Under the pieces are notes generated by a model. It was not told where the DNA came from. It made no database searches and worked only from the letters and a program-made list of their open reading frames with translations. 64,000 bases of DNA from Tubiluchus corallicola. Its lineage: Eukaryota > Animalia > Priapulida. This document shows positions 43,009 through 54,667 of this stretch, piece by piece. The stretch's first letter is position 1; every line of letters starts with the position of its first letter. The stretch is taken from NCBI GenBank assembly GCA_030141605.1, contig JAQGDQ010000007.1, forward strand, positions 793,173 through 857,172, written 5' to 3'. Position numbers and translations under genes: made by a program.

Positions 43009-44529
43009 GATGGAGAAAATGAGGCAACTAGGGGCGTACCAAATTGATCTGTTTGTCACAGGTATTTACGTCAAGCAAGGTCATAAGTGCTGGGCTACTT
43101 TTTCTGTTTTATGTGGTTACAGTATTGGTTCCTTAAGTCCATAGAAGGAATTTGTACCTTTACCGCTGCATTAGTGCAATGCTTTTATCAAAACCTTGGC
43201 TGATGAAAACGTGCCCATGTTACGTAGGTGACTTATATTTATATGACTTATGAGAAAACTTACTTCAAGTGCATTAGTATAAATTTCGAAAAATAGGTTG
43301 ATGGTGTCACCGGTAAACTTGTGTAACCTCATAATCTAGTTTTATGGCTATAGAAGGGTCGCATTTATATCAGCTTGTAACATCTTATAGTAACTTGGAA
43401 GCTTTTGTTTAGAAGTTATTAACACTTACATTACTGAAGCCATAGAAGCCATACAGTAATTTATCGTGCGTCACGGGGACTTTTCGGGATCTTGATGATC
43501 CCGGCGTATTTGGAAGACTTTACGCAAAGTTTCAGCTTTTATTTGAGGTTCTGTCCTTTTTGACTCGACTAAAGTGTAGAAATTCCCAAAAGAATTCAAA
43601 AACATTTATTTGAGTTTAGGACTGCGACAACTCAAAGTGGATCAACTCGCTATTCACACGACTGAAATACATTTCAACCCTGATTCTGTAATCGAGGAAT
43701 GGCACACGCGTGGATTGTAGTTGAACATTTTTGCTAATGAAACGAGAGCGCTGATTCAGCTAGAATTCTAGATTTAGCGACACACCCAGTTTTAAGATCA
43801 GACTTGAGTAAATGTAACCATCTTCTTAAACGCATTGGTTTTGCTTGCTTGTGCATACATCCTTTTTAAGCTATTTTGGGAAAATTTACTTGACAGCATT
43901 ATGTGAGGTTGGGTTTGTGCGTATACATGCGTGCGTTCACATGTGCATGATTATTTTTATTACCAAAATCCACAACTATACACAAAACATGTTTCTTATG
44001 TTTTATCATTTAAAAAAACTTCTTATAGGCGTTCTTTCTTGGCATCCCCTTTCTCCCTGGGAAATCTGCCCTCTATTTTACTTCCTAAATCGACAAAACT
44101 TGTTTACGTTCATGGTAATTCTACTAGTACCTAGTTTTATTGACGTACGAACTTGAAGCAAAGCTGTAAGTTGAAGTAAATGCATAATTGGATTTTCGTT
44201 CTAGGTAGTCTGTAGTCTACTTGCTGACCGGCGTTCAGCTAATATAATTTATGTTTATATTCAGTTAGACAAGTTGTAGTGTATATCAGGTTTACTAATG
44301 ATATTTAGGAAAGGCGTCGACTTGAAAGGCAGCAAATGATCCGATTGCTAAAACCTGACGACGGTTACTTCAGGCCCACGATTGTTCTTGAAGTAGATTT
44401 TCTATTCTTTAAAGCTTAACGGTCAACATTCAGTTTGTCAATTTTTTTGTTTAACTTGATCATCAGAGCTAATCTGACTGTCTTATAACTTTCAGAACAG
44501 ACGTTTTTTAACTAAATTTTCAGTTAAAA

Positions 44530-44669
44530 TTTATAATTCCCCACACACAAGAAATTAGTTCCTCAAAGGATTAGGGTTAGAGTTAGCGTTGCGGTTACGA
44601 CTAAGGTTAGGATTAGGGTCAGAATTAGGGTTAGAGTTACGGTATTTCAATTGTGTGGGGAATTGTAAA
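44530..44669. repeat. Degenerate (TTAGGG)n tract bracketed by an inverted repeat
   Basis: tttataattccccacaca ... ttagggttagagttagcgttgcggttacgactaaggttaggattagggtcagaattagggttagagtta ... tgtgtggggaattgtaaa. Confidence 0.7.
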
Positions 44670-45049
44670 CTCCTTCCCCATTAAATCCTTTAAACTATTA
44701 TATAAAATTCAGTTTAATATTAAATTTACCTTGTTCAACTTGATCAATAAAGATAATCTGTTTGACTTTGTCTTATGCGTATTTCCTGCAGTTATAATTG
44801 CATCCATCTTTCCTAAAATTTTATATTGATGCGTGAGAAACCTACCACACATTAATGACGTGCAAAAAGTGAAATTAGTTTGTCTTACAATTACTTTACT
44901 AAGGTTAATCAATTAAGAATCGCCTAAATTTCCGCAGTTTTGAAGGTTTATAGATTTATGCGTTTCCTAAAAGCATTTTGCTTGTAATTATACCAGTCAA
45001 GTTTTAACCTCATTCCCCACTTTGCGATTCGTTCTAAATTCTTGTCGGC

Positions 45050-45125
45050 CACATCACTTCCGACCGATCGTCCGGTTTTCCGGGAAATGCATTTTAGATG
45101 GCGTTGCCACCGTGACGTCATCGCG
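45050..45125 (+). promoter_or_regulatory. Likely proximal promoter of the CUB-LDLa gene with clustered ETS, STAT, YY1-like and CRE motifs
   Basis: CACTTCCG (45055-45062), TTCCGGGAA (45078-45086), AGATGGCG (45096-45103) and TGACGTCA (45113-45120) in a CpG-rich patch ~300 bp upstream of the ATG at 45421. Confidence 0.55.
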
Positions 45126-45420
45126 GCGATTGTTATAGCGCTACTATGCTGAAGCCAGTAGCGCAGTATTGATTTCATTCTATACAGGTTGTCGTTGATG
45201 TGTGTGTGGGGTCGTGTATTCTGTCTCTTCATCACTCTGCTGTATTATCGGTTCAATAATCATGTTACCAGTATCGTTTCATAGGTCGCTGTCTTGCAGT
45301 GTACGTGTCGCTGTTTTGTAGCATATTTGAAGTGAAGTAGGTACAGATGAAGACGTTTTTCACATCACCATGCGCTTATCAGTGTGGTTCGGAGAAAGAT
45401 TTAATGTGAATTCAGGTGCT

Positions 45421-48400
45421 ATGTTGAAAGGTTTTAGCCATCAGGCTGCAGTCGTCACAGTTTTAGCTTTGTCATTTGCTTCCACGGTATCAAGCAAGCC
45501 AACCAAAGGATGTATGTGAATTTTAAGGCGTTTTCTATGCTCCCTATCATTGTTGTTTACTTTATTATGTTTTTGTTGTTTACGGTATTCAATGCCAAGA
45601 CCCATATATGTATATACATATATATATACATATATGGGTCTTGGCATTGAATATATATATTTATGTATGTATGTATGTATGTATGTATGTATGTATGTAT
45701 GTATGTATGTATGTATATATATATATATATATATGCATCAACAACAAACAAAACAATCAAAAGACTTTATGAATTGGTAGCATTTATTATGTAAAAATTT
45801 ATTATTGCTCTCAAGACAGGTAAACACAGCAGTAAAACTAGACATTGCTTAGCCAGCGGCTTGTCAGTACCACTACCATGTTATTCTCATCATCATCATG
45901 TCATCATGTGCCCGTTACATTTATTGTAGGCATTGGGTAGGCAGAATTCTAAGGTAAAAGAAATCTGCCTTCAAGGCAAGTATACACAGCAGAAATCCAG
46001 CTAAAACTAGACACTGCTGTGCCATTGGCTTGTCAGCACCATTGCCATTTTATTCTCACTGTTAGAATTCTATTATTGATGACTCAATAATATTGTTCCT
46101 TCTCGTAAATGTGTTGCTGATCATTTTGTTTTTATTTCCTCGTTTGCAGCTGTGATTTTAGTTGACTTTTTATAGGTTATTGAAGTCTTTACAACACAGT
46201 GAGAAAATGGTTAGGCTATGGCTTCACAGTCTTCACGTTTGCCACAGAGGGACTGATTATTTTATGGAGGCCGCAGTACTAACGCGGGGCTTTTACGCCA
46301 GGCTATAAATGTTAATTTAGTTGTATAGGCATGTTGTAAATCTTGCACTAAAATGCTACCTACTCGATAACTTGTGTAATCCCTCTAAGAAGAGCGTTAT
46401 GATTTATTTTACTGCTTTATTTTGCGTGATTAATAGATAAAATAAGAATAACTTTTCTTGAGTAAAAACCCATATGAGAACATGTATACAATGAAAGCTA
46501 CTCATTATACGTTTGTAATACAAGTGATAGCGATAATAAAGATAATTTTGACATATACATGGGTGCTATGTTCCAATAGTGCAATACAGTTTTTCTGGTA
46601 AACTGCAGTTTGTATTGATTTGACTTGCCTTCATTTGTCGCAGTCATCAATGCATGATGACAATTTATGCAACATCTGTCAGCAAAATAAGTATGAGTAC
46701 TCTGCTGCTGTATTTGATAAAGGGATATTTGCATCAGTTCCCCCTGCTATTGGATATATATTTATGTAATTTCTTTGCATTCTTACAAATTCATTTGTGT
46801 TTTGAACTGTTGAGTAATTATGGTAATAGTTTAGTTTAGTTAGTTAACAAAGTTTAAAGCCTGCATAACAGTTTTACCAAAGTTTTCCATTCACTGTTGA
46901 CGAGCTTATGTAGTTCAGGCAAAGCTCAGACTATTTTCAATGAATTTCTGAACCTGTAGAATATTGATGCAAACCTTGCAACCTTGCATTGATGCAATGA
47001 TTTGGATTTTGAATAAAGGTATTGCTTGCATGGTTTATTAACCTGTTTTAGTTTGAAAGCTAGTGCCAAGGAGACAATTTGTAAGACAATAGTGTGCTGT
47101 CATTCATCTTTGCCAGATAAATCTCTATAAATTGCAGCCTATACCTGCAAAGTTCAAGACTCCTGTTCATGTTGTCTCAGAGTGTTCTTTACCCTAAGGT
47201 ACATTACCTTATTAACCTATCATATAATGTTTATCAATCATCTGGCGACATTAAACTGTCTACCTTCTGCCAGCACGGTACGTTCCTTTACTACTCTCCA
47301 TGATGAAGTATCTTTCAAATTCTTCCATTGAAGGTCTTTCTGTCTGAAATCCATCCATGTGAATCTACCTCTCCTTGGTTTCTTTGAAGGTTGAATTGAT
47401 TCATGGAAAGCCTTAAAAGTGGACTGTCTTCCAGTAATCTTAAAGCATGACCCACCCAGTTAAGTCTTCTGCATTTTATCTTCCTGGTCTGTTTTTTCCT
47501 TGATTTTTCATACAAATCTCTGTTATTTATAACCTTACTTTGTTATGTATAATTTTTTCTGCAATAACGATCTGTATAAACGTTGTTGAAAAGCATCAGT
47601 CTCCAGCTGATTATTTAACCTATATAAATGGTGTCACTGTATTTTCAATACCAGAAGTCTCAATTTTCAATTTTCCTTTTTTCAGATTATTTTTTTGAGT
47701 TTGGCTACAACACATGTGTTCTCAGAAGGTTGTTCGACATAGATTCTGCCATTGTTCAGTCTCATGTGGAGCAGAAAACCCGCAGCTATCCGATCCAGCC
47801 ATCTGACTGCTGGATGAGATTCCGCTCACGGAGCCCCTCAAAGCGGATTGAGGCTCGTTTCGAAATTCTTGATATCAAAGACTGTACAGATGTGTTGACA
47901 TTATATGATGACATAGAAGAAAAGTCTAGAATCATGGTAAAGTAGATTTTGATAAATTTAATGTGTAATGTTTTTGATAGCATGGTCACACAAAGTTAAG
48001 TACACTGGCAAAATGTCCACTTGTTATTTCAATTGCTGTGTGATGCAGGTTATCACTAGGAAATCAAAAAAGGCTTTGCCCTGTTTTTTTCACCAGCTTT
48101 TATTTTTAGATGTCATAAATTTGTTTATAGTAGTAGTTGGTAGTACTTATTTATAGTATTAGTCAGTTTTATAGTATTGCATTCTAATATTAGCTTGTCT
48201 CCCTCTAGAATGTTTTAACTAAAATAAGCCTTTTCACAGTTTCATTGTGCAGTTGCTTTACGTCAGAGGTCAATTGAACCCATCTTAACTACAACCATCA
48301 CGTCACATGTTGGTAAAGCAAACTGCTGCTCAGTTCAGTAACTTCAGTTGTTTTCCATTCAGTTGGACTCGATTGGAAATATTGTCTGGACCTTTACACA

Positions 48401-51400
48401 ATCATCACAGTCGCTAGAACTGTGAATAGGCTATTAGCATGAACAGTTATAATGAAATGCTTACTCTAACTATTTGTGCCGTGTTACATTTTGATTGAGT
48501 ACATTTCTTTGCTGCTGGCAGTTTTAATATTATTAACTGACATACCAAATTAGTTCAGTATTTTACAGAAAACTGCAAGTGTTTATTAAGCTTTAATGTT
48601 CTACGTTCCAGTTGCTTTGCCTTTTTTGACTGGATTAGGAAAGTAACTTGAACTGTGTAACTTCATCCTGTTTTCAAAAAAGTGCCCGAAAACCAGTTTA
48701 TTAGCCTGTTGTGGTTTAAAGTTATTATCTGTTATCTAACATAATATTATAATAAAAACCATTCTGCATTTCGTTTTAACATATGCAGCATGCAACTAAA
48801 TGAAAAAAAAAACAATTTTGATGAAAAATAAATTAACTCAACCAAGTAAATAATGAATTATATGCTTCTACTATGCTTATCATAGGGATAAAACAATTCA
48901 TTTATACAGTGTATTATATTTTCCAGACAACTGAGCTATTATCAAGCAGGCATTTTTATCGCCACTCGTTAGACTTGTTTGTACATTTTTGTTTGTTTTT
49001 CAGTGTAACATGATCGGTTTTAGGCTAAATATTCCAGATTCTGTGTACTTGTACTATTAGGCTCCGTAGCATTTTAGGATAACAAGCCACGTCAATATAT
49101 ATATTAAGTTCTGTTGTCTTGACCCTGAATTTTTTTTAACTACTGTTATGCCCTGTGAAAGAATAATTTCTTTGGCTTGTGGTATTAAAACACACATACC
49201 GCGCATTAGATTGAACTATTCCAAGTTACATTCTAACACAAAACAACTTTTTATAGAAGAAAATAATAAAAATGTGGCATTTTTAACATTTATCGCCATG
49301 TGCAGATTTGTTCTGCTATGACTTTATTAATCTAACTTTACAAAAAACTTAAAATTGAAATTCATTTCAAATAACTACGCAAGTGGGTCCGAACTCCGCG
49401 ACATCTGTCTGCTTTCTGTTAAACTCCGTTTTGCAGTCATATAACCACATAAGAGTGTTTAATTGTAAAAATAAGTTACATTTCTTCCTGTCAATTGAAT
49501 TTATAATCAAAACAGATGCAAAATTCTCTAATTTTGTTTGACTATCATAACAATTAAATGTAGTTGGCATACACTGGCGCAATTTAGACCAGATGGTTTA
49601 GTCTAGTGGTGACACGTATACCTTCCGTCCGAGAGGTTGTGAATTCGATAGAGTGGCCGGGTCATACCAAACACTTTAAATATGGTACGTGCTGCTACCC
49701 TGCCTGATGCATGGTGTAATAATTGTCTTTGTTATGTAGTTCTAGATTGTTATTTACTTTTGGCCCAAAAACTAATTTTATTTATTTTTTATTCAAAAAG
49801 CCGACTTTAAATAAAAATTATTATTATCATTATTATTATTACATAAACTAAAATGCAATTTGATCATTCTGTGGCTTCTAGTAGCTTCTGGTATTAGTTT
49901 AGTGTTAAGAAAACTTGAAAAAGTTACTAAGACTGAATTATTTTTTAGCAATCTCCTTCTGTCTACAGTTGATTGGTTATGATTAGTGTAATTTTCTTCT
50001 GTTTAGCTGCAATATTAGATGACTAGGTGGCATGTCAGTGCCCTAGTATTTCTTGCATCCAGTTTTGACCAGATTACTCAGTCTATTCAAGATTTAATTA
50101 CTCTGTATTTTAACAAAGTGCACAGTCTTACTGTTTCAAAACTGTTTCTTTGTTACGGCTCGTTTCAATTAGCTGAGCTGCAATGAACATAAATGTGGGC
50201 ATTTGCTTACAGGGCACGTACTCTTGCGGCGACGAACTTCCGGAAACTGCGCTGATTACAGAAGGAAACAAAATTGTGATTCATTTTGAGTCGGATGATG
50301 AAGGGGAATCAGGATCCGGATTTAAGATTATACTTACGTCTTTTTTGGAGCCAGGTAAGCTTTTGTTTGCATCGTGATCCACAATTTTTTCGTCCTGAAA
50401 AGGATCTAAAGGGATCAAAGTAAAAGCATGCTTCCACAACTTAGGCTCTATGCTAAATGTATTTTAGAGTGCTTTAAATGTATTTTCAGGTTAACCTGAC
50501 AACGAGTAATTTTTAGTAGTGTACAGATGTAATATTAGTAACAGGGTTGGTTTGTCTGTGCATGCTGATAGTTATGTTAGTAGTACAGTCGGTTTGTCTG
50601 TGCTTACTGATAGTTGTAGTAGTAGTATAGCTGGTTTGGATGTGCAAACTGATGATGTGTGCATTAACTGTGCAATGCTGTTTGTTACAGTAGTATTATA
50701 GTTGGTTTGTCTGTACATACTGGTAGTTCCAGTAGTAGTAGATCGGTTTGTCTGTGCATACTGTTAGTTGTAGTAGTAGTATAGTCAGTTTGTATGTGTA
50801 TACTGTTACTTGTAGTAGCAGCGTAATTTTTTTGCCTGTGCATATTGATGGTTTTGCTAATAGTAGTATTTTTAGTTTTCTGTGCGTCACTTTTCTGAGT
50901 CTAGCTTCCTGTTTCAATGTTGTCTTTTACCATGCAGGAACTGACTTACACAAGTATCAGACAGTCTTCTCTAGATGTGATCTACCAGATTGTTGTTGTA
51001 TTATCAGAATAACAACCAAAAGTTCATCAGTATAAAATATTACCTAATGTTCTTAAAAGTTCTTAATGGTTTTTAAATTTTTTGTAGTGCAATGATACTC
51101 GAATGTACCAAAGAAAAAACATTTTTTTTGGTAACAAATTGTGCGCATTTTTATAAAACTGTTATAAAATTAATTTAATTTTTGTGATACGATTTGTGAT
51201 GATACTGTTTATTTTGCACTTTAACATGTTTCTAATGTTTAGTGGCAAGCTGCAATACTTGCTTTAGTCTAATATTTTAGTCTTGAGTGCAATATTTTAT
51301 AAAACACAACATTTATTGTACAATAGTTGTAACAAACTTAGTTCAACACAATATATATATGAATCATATAGAATCAACAGCATCAAGTAGTATTCTGTGG

Positions 51401-53423
51401 TGCCTAACATCACAATCAGCATTATAGTTAAAATTTAAGCATTACATTAAAACCAAGTGAATTTGAAATAGACAGTGTACAGTGTAGACCCCAATATGAA
51501 ATTGTACAATTGTTGTAACAAACTTAGTTCGGAAAGGCTAAAATAAACAAAAGAATCTTAAGTTTTTTCTTGAACACATCAAATTTAGTGCAACAATGCA
51601 GATCAAGAGCTAGATCCAAAATTGACAACGACTATTCACAGGAGTGCAGGGCAAAATGTCTGCTAATGTTAATCAGGTGTTGCAGTGCAGTCTAGAGTGC
51701 TAGAAGAGTTCTGTACAAAATTTGACATTGTTTCCATATCAGTTTTTTAACCAGAATCAGTACATGTTCTGTTATTAATTAACCTGTTTATTATTTTTAG
51801 GTGTTGAATGCATGATCAATGATTTTAATTGCTCTGATGGTAGATGTATGGATAGAGACCTGCTCTGTGATCGTGTCAATCACTGTGGAGACTGGAGTGA
51901 CGAACATGATTGCACAATAAGTGGAGGTAGTTGTACTTAACAAAGTTATATGTTTAGTAAGCTGCTGTAATGTTAGGTATGGTATATATAATAAGAGAAG
52001 TTGTTTGCCTCTAGTAGTCTAGAGCCCTTCTTTTTATATATTTATATAATTTGTATGTATACGTTATATATGTAATTTGGTAACATTTAATGTGTAGCAC
52101 AGTTTGGTTAACTTTCGTGGTGCTAAATGTGGCTGTGTAAAATAAACTGAGGATATTTACTTTTGTCTGATATCCAGGTCTCAGTGTGGGTGTAATTATA
52201 GCAATTATCCTGGGAAGCCTACTCTTGCTAGTTCTTGGCATCATAGCGTATGTGTGTTTATGCTGTAAGCATCCAGTGTCTTCGGTACCCGGAGTTAGAA
52301 CCACCATTACTCAAGCAGAGACGGGCAGTACGCCCTCATACGGGCAGTCTCCTAGTAGTAAGTTGTCATAGTTTCTGCATTTCAGTGACTGGTTTGTAGG
52401 ATCGCACTAATATGCTTCAAAGTGTTTGCTTATTGATTAGCTGTACCAAAGTGGTGGTTGCTTGGTGGAATTTGCCATTTTAGAATGTTTAGTAATTTTC
52501 GTAAAGGTTAAGGTCACAGAAATATTATTTGCATGCCAAGTTTTGTTATTTGTCAAAAATAAATATTTAACTCTCCTTCGTCTTTTAAGAAATGCGCTTT
52601 TGTAAGTGGATAATGTGCTTATTTGATATATTAATTAAGCTTAAATGATAGAGTAAAATTTTATCTTAATATTGTATGTATTTTGCAAATCTTTTTACTA
52701 AAACACCACAAATAATTATGAAATTCCTCAAATTAACTAACTTTAAAATGTTATAATGTTACCTTCAGCAGTTTAAATTTCAAGCATACTTTAACTGCTT
52801 CAACTCAGCCAAATGACAGAAATTGAGTTTGAAAATCTTGGAATGCTTCACAAAGTATCTTTTATACCATCAGAATCAAAGAGCAGATTAAAAATAAAGG
52901 AGTTAAAATAGAATGAATTTTATGAATACTGGGTATTGTAAAACACAATTCGTACGAAGCGTAACACACATAAGAGGTCTGCTCTTGTGAAATTTAAAAT
53001 AAGAAATAAATATGCAATTAAACCATTAGTTAGTTTGAATTTGGTTTGTGCTTTTAAAATGTACATTTAAAAGTGACAGAAACCTTTCAAAGCACGATAC
53101 GAGATGTAACTAAGGGTCATTTAAATGCCTGAAATATGTTTGTTGTTAATTTGACGCACTTCAGGTAAACAAATTGGTTTTTAGCCAATACAAAACTGCT
53201 AATTTTTTTCAAAATGTTTGTTGTAAACTGGATTTATTCACAGAAATCCAAGCAAATCATAAACATGCTGCGAATATCTAATATGTTTTTCTTATGTTTT
53301 TCAGAGCAACACATCTACCACAAAGTAAAAAATGAGTCAGCGAGTCCTAAGCAGTCAGTCGGCAGTAGTCCTGTAGTTGGATATAATGCTGGGAAAAATC
53401 AAATTTACGCTCCAAAGTCTTGA
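45421..53423 (+). CDS. Type I membrane protein: signal peptide, CUB domain, LDL-receptor class A repeat, TM helix, short cytoplasmic tail (LDLRAD/NETO/MIG-13-like architecture), 6 exons, ~302 aa
   Basis: Exons 45421-45511, 47686-47936, 50213-50354, 51801-51926, 52178-52357, 53305-53423; GT-AG, phases consistent, 909 nt. Signal [25 protein letters not shown]; CUB: DCWMRF...[21 protein letters not shown]...YSCGDELP...[22 protein letters not shown]; LDLa: [35 protein letters not shown]; TM: [27 protein letters not shown]. Confidence 0.9.
45586..45735. repeat. Perfect 31-bp-arm palindrome followed by (TATG)n/(TA)n microsatellite
   Basis: tattcaatgccaagacccatatatgtatata, a 6-nt loop, then tatatacatatatgggtcttggcattgaata (45586-45653); about 13 copies of tatg follow. 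Confidence 0.9.
47280..47600 (-). mobile_element. RTE-clade-like LINE 3' fragment
   Basis: [21 protein letters not shown] resembles the RRLxWxGHxxR motif at the end of RTE ORFs. Confidence 0.6.
49586..49720 (+). mobile_element. tRNA-derived SINE with conserved core (resembles the Meta-type SINE core)
   Basis: A-box-like tggtttagtctagtgg and B-box-like aattcgat, followed by ggccgggtcataccaaacactttaaatatggtacgtgctgctaccctgcctg. The core assignment is from memory. Confidence 0.6.
50535..50875. repeat. Degenerate 42-bp minisatellite in intron 3 of the CUB-LDLa gene
   Basis: ggtttgtctgtg-like anchor recurs at 50549, 50591, 50633, then about 50704, 50745 and 50787. Confidence 0.8.
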
Positions 53424-54535
53424 TCGGGGGACATGAAAGGTTTTCACCTTCTACCCATTCCACACTTTACAGGCCGGTTCACCTTGTCTGCAAAGAATGT
53501 ACTGTGGTACTTATCCTATGACTGTTTGTTGCTTAGTTACCGAGCAAATCCAGTCAATTCATATCTATTTTTACTGGGCTTCGAGGCGGTCATGCGTTAA
53601 GAAAAAATGACCGTTTTCTGGATCATTGATTTTCAGAAGTCCTTTGCTTGCCGTCAGATGGCAGCATTAGATCTATTATTGTTGCAACTGATTTGGCAAC
53701 AACAGTGTATAATATTTTGATACTAGGATGTTTTAAAATATTTTGCACTTTCTTATACCTTCAACCTTCACCTCAGTGTCTTCTTAGTGGCACCTCCCCC
53801 CTTCCCAGCACTGTCTTTACCTATACGTCTTTATGTCTAATCTTTCTAATTAACTATAGCATTAACGCAATTGAATAGGTTTTAATAACACAAAACATAT
53901 TACTGAACTAGGGTTAAACATTTATGATTTTATTGGTTTTATTTTTGTTATACTACAGCAAAAATTGATCCATAGGATACTGAAAATTATATTAGTGAAT
54001 TAAATTATATATAATGTATGCTAGTGAGCAAGAAATACTGCTTGATTAATTTTCTTTGTTTTATAAGATTTCCTTCAATGAAATTAGACCGCAAATTGCA
54101 GAATAATAAAAATGCTAGCTGGTGTCATAATTGGTAAACTGAATTGAATTTGATTTCTTTTACAAATTCTGCATCTTTTTGAACTACTCTGTACTTTGTT
54201 ACAGTAACTTTATTTTTGTTGAAGTGTATAATGCATTAAAAGATGTTTGTAACAGTTCTTCCTCCATTTTATATATGTGTGTGCAAAAGTAGTACTTCCT
54301 TATTCGTTTATCCTACTTGTCATGTTTTGCAGCTGTAGTGAAATCTGCTACTATATTTTTTATAGGGAGTAATGTTGTCCCATAGTTACAGTGTTACTTA
54401 TTCTGGCCTTTTCTTAGATATATTATATGCTCGCATTTCATTGTCAGTAATGAAATAGGAATTTATTGTTATACGTATGAATTAAACAGCGTTTGTCAGA
54501 CATCAGAAATGTGTTATGTGCTATTGTATATCAAG

Positions 54536-54667
54536 CTGCATACAAATAATCCCATAGGACTAAGTGCAGAAGAAATAAATCAATATCGCAGGTCTGATAA
54601 ACGAGTTCATTGTAAACAATATAAAGTGATTTTTGCACAATAATGCATTCCGGATGTCTGGTAAAAC
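54536..54667 (+). mobile_element. Partial copy of the outer MITE at 42604-43008, without the nested insert
   Basis: aaataatcccatag...cgcaggtctgataaacg...ttcattg...caatataaag.gatttttgc.caataatgcattccggatgtctggtaaa is collinear with 42667-42758 joined to 42975-42998. Confidence 0.75.

Noticed and set aside
43195-43230. CTGATGA motifs as hammerhead ribozyme cores (also ~1631, ~6363, ~31069, ~32121)
   Set aside because: I could not find the flanking stems and a correctly placed GAAA core by eye.
50535-50875. Regularly spaced repeats resembling a CRISPR array
   Set aside because: Eukaryotic intron; whole 42-bp units are similar to each other with no unique spacers and no cas genes, so it is a minisatellite.
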